Shown here piece by piece: positions 57,001 to 64,000 of a stretch of 64,000 bases of DNA. The stretch's first letter is position 1. Every line of letters starts with the position of its first letter. This stretch comes from Auanema rhodensis (lineage: Eukaryota > Animalia > Nematoda), in the NCBI GenBank assembly GCA_964057225.1, contig OZ059896.1, positions 18,476,001 to 18,540,000 of the forward strand. The letters run 5' to 3'. A model generated the notes under the pieces. That model did not search any database. It saw nothing but the letters and a program-made list of their open reading frames with translations, and was not told the DNA's origin. Position numbers and translations under genes: made by a program.

Positions 57001-59745
57001 CAAACAAATGTTTACTGTGTCAAAGGTAAACATGAGTACTTTTGCTAGCAATACTCGTGATTGTTTCGCACTCTGGACCGGAAATTGTAATATAGCCATC
57101 ATTTACTCTATATAGGTATACGATTCATTTGCTCCATATATATTTATATTTTTTTATTTCGTTTTGGTCTATAATAAGGGGTTCACTATCACAACAGATG
57201 AGATATATTTTTATTATGAAAATAGGGAATTCTTGGAGAATAGTAATGAAATTAATATTATTTTAAAAATATTCAGGATTGATCATCAAGAGTTTTCATC
57301 TTTTTATAGAGAACTTGTTTACATTCAACAGTATGTTCACAAAACTGTAAGCTGGACGGCCGGTCTAATGTTTTTTGATGTTTTTTTATTTTTATCATTC
57401 AATTTTTCGAAAATTTACCAATGTAGTCAAGATCATTCTCTGAAAGTATTCCCAAATTTAGAAAAAATGAAAGCAGGCAAACAAATTTTTACTGTGTCAA
57501 AGGTAAACATGAGTACTTTTGCTAGCAATACTCGTGATTGTTTCGCACTCTGGACCGGAAATTGTAATATAGCCATCATTTACTCTATATAGGTATACGA
57601 TTCATTTGCTCCATATATATTTATATTTTTTTATTTCGTTTTGGTCTATAATAAGGGGTTCACTATCACAACAGATGAGATATATTTTTATTATGAAAAT
57701 AGGGAATTCTTGGAGAATAGTAATGAAATTAATATTATTTTGAAAATATTCAGGATTGATCATCAAGAGTTTTCATCTTTTTATAGAGAACTTGTTTACA
57801 TTCAACAGTATGTTCACAAAACTGTAAGCTGGACGGCCGGTTCAATGTTTTTCGATGTTTTTTTATTTTTCTCATTCAATTTTTCGAAAATTTACCAATG
57901 TAGTCAAGATGATTCTCTGAAAGTATTCCCAAATTTAGAAAAAATGAAAACAGGCAAACAAATTTTCACTGTGTCAAAGGTAAACATCAGTACTTTTGCT
58001 AGCAATACTCGTGATTGTTTCGCACTCTGGACCGGAAATTGTAATATAGCGATCATTTACTCTATATAGGTATACGATTCATTTGCTCCATATATATTTA
58101 TATTTTTTTTTCTGTATTGGTCAATAATAAGTGGTTCACTATCACCACAGATAAGATATCTTTTTATTATGAAAATGGGGACTTCTTGGAGAATGGCAAT
58201 GAAAGTAATATCATTTTAAAAATATTCAGGAATGATCATCGAGAGTTTCCATATTTTTATAGAGAACTTGTTTACATTTAACAGTGTGTTCACAAAACTG
58301 TAAGCTGGACGGCCGGTTCAATGTTTTTTGATGTTTTTTTATTTTTATCATTCAATTTTTCGAAAATTTACCAATGTAGTCAAGATGATTCTCTGGATGT
58401 ATTCCCAAATTTAGAAAAAATGAAAGCAGGCAAACTAATTTTTACTGTGTCAAAGGTAAACATGAGTACTTTTGCTAGCAATACTCGTAATTGTTTCGCA
58501 CTCTGGACCGGCACTGTAACATAGCGATCATTTACTCTATATAGGTACACGATTTATTTGCTCCATATAAGTTCGTATTTTTTTATTCTGTTTTGGTCAA
58601 TAATAATTGGTTCACTATCACCACAGATAAGATTTGTTTTTATTATGAAAATGGGGAATTCTTGGAGAATAGCAATAAAAGTAATATTATTTTGAAGATA
58701 TTCAGGAATGATCATCGAGAGTTTCCATCTTTTTATAGAGAACTTGTTTACATTCAACAGTATGTTTACAAAACTGTTAGCTGGACGGCCGGTTCAATGT
58801 TTTTTGATGTTTTTTCATTTTTATCATTCAATTTTTTGAAAATTTATCAATGTAGTCAAGATGATTCTCTGGAAGTAATCCCGAATTGAGAAGAAATGAA
58901 AACAGGCAAACGAATTTTTACTGTGTCAAAGAAAAATATCAGTATTTTTGCTAGCAATACTCGTGATTGTTTCGCACTCTGGACCGGCAATTGTAACATA
59001 ACGATCATTTGCTCTATATATATTTATATTTTTTTATTTTGTTTTAGTCAATAATAAGCGGTTCACTATCACCACAGATAAGATATGTTTTGTTTATAAA
59101 AATGGGGAATTTTTGGAGAATGGCAATGAAAGTAATATTATTTTTAAAATATTCAGGAATGATCATCGAGAGTTTCCATCTTTTTATAGAGAACTTGTTT
59201 ACATTTAACAGTATGTTCACAAAATTGTTAGCTGGACGGCCAATTCAATTCTTCAGATGTTTTTCTATTTTTATTATAATTTTTAGATATTAATCAATGT
59301 AGTCAAGATGATTCTTTAAAAGTATTCCCAAAATTAGAAAAAATGAGAGCAGGCAAACAAATGTTCACTGTGTCAAAGGAAAACATCAATACTTTTGCTA
59401 GCAATACTCGTAATTGTTTCGCACTCTGGACCGGCAATTGTAATATAGCGATCATTTACTCTATATAGGTATACGATATATTTTGCTCCATATATGTTTA
59501 TATTTTTTTATTCTGTTTTGGTCAACAATAAGTGGTTCACTATCACCACAGATAAGATATCTTTTTATTATGAAAATGGGGAATTCTTGGAGAATAGTAA
59601 TGAAATTAATATTATTTTAAAAATATTCAGGATTGATCATCGAGAGTTTTCAGCTTTTTATAGAGAACTTGTTTACATTCAACAGTATGTTCACAAAACT
59701 GTAAGCTGGACGGCCGGTCCAATGTTTTTTGATGTTTTTTTTATT
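54085..59745 (+). repeat. 2828/2829-bp 6-mer higher-order repeat, 2 copies
   Basis: ORF pairs 54336/57164, 54813/57641, 55764/58593, 56261/59090, 56665/59494. Confidence 0.88.
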
Positions 59746-62700
59746 TTTATCATTCAATTTTTCGAAAATTTACCAATGTAGTCAAGATGATTCTCTGAAA
59801 GTATTCCCAAATTTAGAAAAAATGAAAACAGGCAAACAAATTTTCACTGTGTCAAAGATAAACATCAGTACTTTTGCTAGCAATACTCGTGATTGTTTCG
59901 CACTCTGGACCGGAAATTGTAATATAGCGATCATTTACTCTATATAGGTATACGATTCATTTGCTCCATATATATTTATATTTTTTTATTCTGTATTGGT
60001 CAATAATAAGTGGTTCACTATCACCACAGATAAGATATCTTTTTATTATGAAAATGGGGACTTCTTGGAGAATGGCAATGAAATAAATATTATTTTAAAA
60101 ATATTCAGGAATGATCATCGAGAGTTTCCATATTTTTATAGAGAACTTGTTTACATTTAACAGTATGTTCACAAAACTGTAAGCTGGACGGCCGGTTCAA
60201 TGTTTTTTGATGTTTTTTTATTTTTATCATTCAATTTTTCGAAAATTTACCAATGTAGTCAAGATGATTCTCTGGATGTATTCCCAAATTTAGAAAAAAT
60301 GAAAGCAGGCAAACTAATTTTTACTGTGTCAAAGAAAAATATCAGTATTTTTGCTAGCAATACTCGTGATTGTTTCGCACTCTGGACCGGCAATTGTAAC
60401 ATAACGATCATTTGCTCTATATATGTTTATATTTTTTTATTTTGTTTTAGTCAATAATAAGCGGTTCACTATCACCACAGATAAGATATGTTTTCTTTAT
60501 GAAAATGGGGAATTCTTGGAGAATGGCAATGAAAGTAATATTATTTTGAAGATATTCAGGAATGATCATCGAGAGTTTCCATCTTTTTATAGAGAACTTG
60601 TTTACATTCAACAGTATGTTCACAAAACTGTTAGCTGGACGGCCGGTTCAATGTTTTTTGATGTTTTTTCATTTTTATCATTCAATTTTTTGAAAATTTA
60701 TCAATGTAGTCAAGATGATTCTCTGGAAGTAATCCCGAATTGAGAAAAAATGAAAACAGGCAAACGAATTTTTACTGTGTCAAAGAAAAATATCAGTATT
60801 TTTGCTAGCAATACTCGTGATTGTTTCGCACTCTGGACCGGCAATTGTAACATAACGATCATTTGCTCTATATATGTTTATATTTTTTTATTTTGTTTTA
60901 GTCAATAATAAGCGGTTCACTATCACCACAGATAAGATATGTTTTCTTTATGAAAATGGGGAATTCTTGGAGAATGGCAATGAAAGTAATATTATTTTAA
61001 AAATATTCAGGAATGATCATCGAGAGTTTCCATCTTTTTATAGAGAACTTGTTTACATTTAACAGTATGTTCACAAAATTGTTAGCTGGACGGCCAATTC
61101 AATTCTTCAGATGTTTTTCTATTTTTATTATAATTTATAGATATTAATCAATGTAGTCAAGATGATTCGCTGAAAGTATTCCCAAATTTAGAAGAAATGA
61201 GAGCAGGCAAACAAATGTTTACTGTGTCAAAGGTAAACATGAGTACTTTTGCTAGCAATACTCGTGATTGTTTCGCACTCTGGACCGGAAATTGTAATAT
61301 AGCCATCATTTACTCTATATAGGTATACGATTCATTTGCTCCATATATATTTATATTTTTTTATTTCGTTTTGGTCTATAATAAGGGGTTCACTATCACA
61401 ACAGATGAGATATATTTTTATTATGAAAATAGGGAATTCTTGGAGAATAGTAATGAAATTAATATTATTTTAAAAATATTGGACGGCCGGTCCAATGTTT
61501 TTTGATGTTTTTTTTATTTTTATCATTCAATTTTTCGAAAATTTACCAATGTAGTCAAGATGATTCTCTGAAAGTATTCCCAAATTTAGAAAAAATGAAA
61601 GCAGGCAAACAAATTTTTACTGTGTCAAAGGTAAACATGAGTACTTTTGCTAGCAATACTCGTGATTGTTCCGCACTCTGGACCGGAAATTGTAATATAG
61701 CGATCATTTACTCTATATAGGTATACGATTCATTTGCTCCATATATATTTATATTTTTTTATTCTGTATTGGTCAATAATAAGTGGTTCACTATCACCAC
61801 AGATAAGATATCTTTTTATTATGAAAATGGGGACTTCTTGGAGAATGGCAATGAAATAAATATTATTTTAAAAATATTCAGGAATGATCATCGAGAGTTT
61901 CCATATTTTTATAGAGAACTTGTTTACATTCAACAGTATGTTCACAAAACTGTAAGCTGGACGGCCGGTCCAATGTTTTTTGATGTTTTTTTTATTTTTA
62001 TCATTCAATTTTTCGAAAATTTACCAATGTAGTCAAGATGATTCTCTGAAAGTATTCCCAAATTTAGAAAAAATGAAAACAGGCAAACAAATTTTCACTG
62101 TGTCAAAGATAAACATCAGTACTTTTGCTAGCAATACTCGTGATTGTTTCGCACTCTGGACCGGAAATTGTAATATAGCGATCATTTACTCTATATAGGT
62201 ATACGATTCATTTGCTCCATATATATTTATATTTTTTTATTCTGTATTGGTCAATAATAAGTGGTTCACTATCACCACAGATAAGATATCTTTTTATTAT
62301 GAAAATGGGGACTTCTTGGAGAATGGCAATGAAATAAATATTATTTTAAAAATATTCAGGAATGATCATCGAGAGTTTCCATATTTTTATAGAGAACTTG
62401 TTTACATTTAACAGTATGTTCACAAAACTGTAAGCTGGACGGCCGGTTCAATGTTTTTTGATGTTTTTTTATTTTTATCATTCAATTTTTCGAAAATTTA
62501 CCAATGTAGTCAAGATGATTCTCTGGATGTATTCCCAAATTTAGAAAAAATGAAAGCAGGCAAACTAATTTTTACTGTGTCAAAGAAAAATATCAGTATT
62601 TTTGCTAGCAATACTCGTGATTGTTTCGCACTCTGGACCGGCAATTGTAACATAACGATCATTTGCTCTATATATGTTTATATTTTTTTATTTTGTTTTA

Positions 62701-64000
62701 GTCAATAATAAGCGGTTCACTATCACCACAGATAAGATATGTTTTCTTTATGAAAATGGGGAATTCTTGGAGAATGGCAATGAAAGTAATATTATTTTGA
62801 AGATATTCAGGAATGATCATCGAGAGTTTCCATCTTTTTATAGAGAACTTGTTTACATTCAACAGTATGTTCACAAAACTGTTAGCTGGACGGCCGGTTC
62901 AATGTTTTTTGATGTTTTTTCATTTTTATCATTCAATTTTTTGAAAATTTATCAATGTAGTCAAGATGATTCTCTGGAAGTAATCCCGAATTGAGAAAAA
63001 ATGAAAACAGGCAAACGAATTTTTACTGTGTCAAAGAAAAATATCAGTATTTTTGCTAGCAATACTCGTGATTGTTTCGCACTCTGGACCGGCAATTGTA
63101 ACATAACGATCATTTGCTCTATATATGTTTATATTTTTTTATTTTGTTTTAGTCAATAATAAGCGGTTCACTATCACCACAGATAAGATATGTTTTCTTT
63201 ATGAAAATGGGGAATTCTTGGAGAATGGCAATGAAAGTAATATTATTTTAAAAATATTCAGGAATGATCATCGAGAGTTTCCATCTTTTTATAGAGAACT
63301 TGTTTACATTTAACAGTATGTTCACAAAATTGTTAGCTGGACGGCCAATTCAATTCTTCAGATGTTTTTCTATTTTTATTATAATTTATAGATATTAATC
63401 AATGTAGTCAAGATGATTCGCTGAAAGTATTCCCAAATTTAGAAGAAATGAGAGCAGGCAAACAAATGTTTACTGTGTCAAAGGTAAACATGAGTACTTT
63501 TGCTAGCAATACTCGTGATTGTTTCGCACTCTGGACCGGAAATTGTAATATAGCCATCATTTACTCTATATAGGTATACGATTCATTTGCTCCATATATA
63601 TTTATATTTTTTTATTTCGTTTTGGTCTATAATAAGGGGTTCACTATCACAACAGATGAGATATATTTTTATTATGAAAATAGGGAATTCTTGGAGAATA
63701 GTAATGAAATTAATATTATTTTAAAAATATTGGACGGCCGGTCCAATGTTTTTTGATGTTTTTTTTATTTTTATCATTCAATTTTTCGAAAATTTACCAA
63801 TGTAGTCAAGATGATTCTCTGAAAGTATTCCCAAATTTAGAAAAAATGAAAGCAGGCAAACAAATTTTTACTGTGTCAAAGGTAAACATGAGTACTTTTG
63901 CTAGCAATACTCGTGATTGTTCCGCACTCTGGACCGGAAATTGTAATATAGCGATCATTTACTCTATATAGGTATACGATTCATTTGCTCCATATATATT
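59660..64000 (+). repeat. 2251-bp 5-mer higher-order repeat including a 398-bp deleted monomer, at least 1.9 copies
   Basis: ORF pairs 59729/61980, 60200/62451, 60423/62674, 60874/63125, 61502/63753. The deletion junction AAAATATT|GGACGGCC is identical at 61480/61481 and 63731/63732. Confidence 0.93.

Larger units (their letters stand above)
1..64000 (+). repeat. Satellite DNA tandem array, monomer about 477 bp (long) or about 451 bp (short), roughly 130-135 monomers, single orientation, running off both window ends
   Basis: The motifs GGTTCACTATCAC, GCTGGACGGCC, TGTAGTCAAGATGATTC, ACTGTGTCAAAG and GCTAGCAATACTCGT recur every ~450-480 bp throughout. Homologous ORFs recur at the same spacing (e.g. 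26677, 27154; 41635, 42112). I found no unique spacer, inversion or foreign insertion. Confidence 0.99.

Noticed and set aside
60-63971. The many ORFs in the track as a functional tandem gene family
   Set aside because: All are the same repeat frame or its shifted and antisense frames. Starts are arbitrary (often TTG/GTG), stops and frameshifts are frequent, variation is mostly non-synonymous, and there is no intergenic or promoter space.
1-64000. CRISPR array or other repeat-spacer or cassette system
   Set aside because: There are no unique spacers. The entire 450-480 bp unit is repeated, and no cas, integrase or recombinase gene is present.

Overview
The whole 64 kb window is one uninterrupted, head-to-tail, single-orientation satellite array, most likely eukaryotic (peri)centromeric or heterochromatic DNA. 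I see no credible intact gene, RNA gene, CRISPR array or mobile element. The basic monomer is AT-rich (about 29% GC by hand count of one unit) and has two main lengths, about 473-480 bp and about 446-454 bp, which differ by a 26-bp imperfect tandem duplication. There are roughly 130-135 monomers, plus 11 truncated 139-bp units confined to the left third. The ORF track is the same monomer frame repeated, and its offsets reveal a succession of young higher-order repeats of only 2-3 copies each: 7383, about 1401, about 1405, 2357, 2781, 1852, 5186, 4709, 2828 and 2251 bp. Two sequence subfamilies meet at about 21.9-23.4 kb. The most unusual observation is that the 477-bp (159-codon) monomer has one + strand frame that is almost stop-free, with coding-like codon structure. 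In the intact monomer types, the single stop, the 26-bp indel and most poly-T length variation fall in an intron-like segment bounded by phase-matched GT...AG sites. This suggests, as inference only, that the satellite arose from an amplified exon-intron module and is now mostly decaying neutrally. All counts and breakpoints were derived by eye and are approximate.
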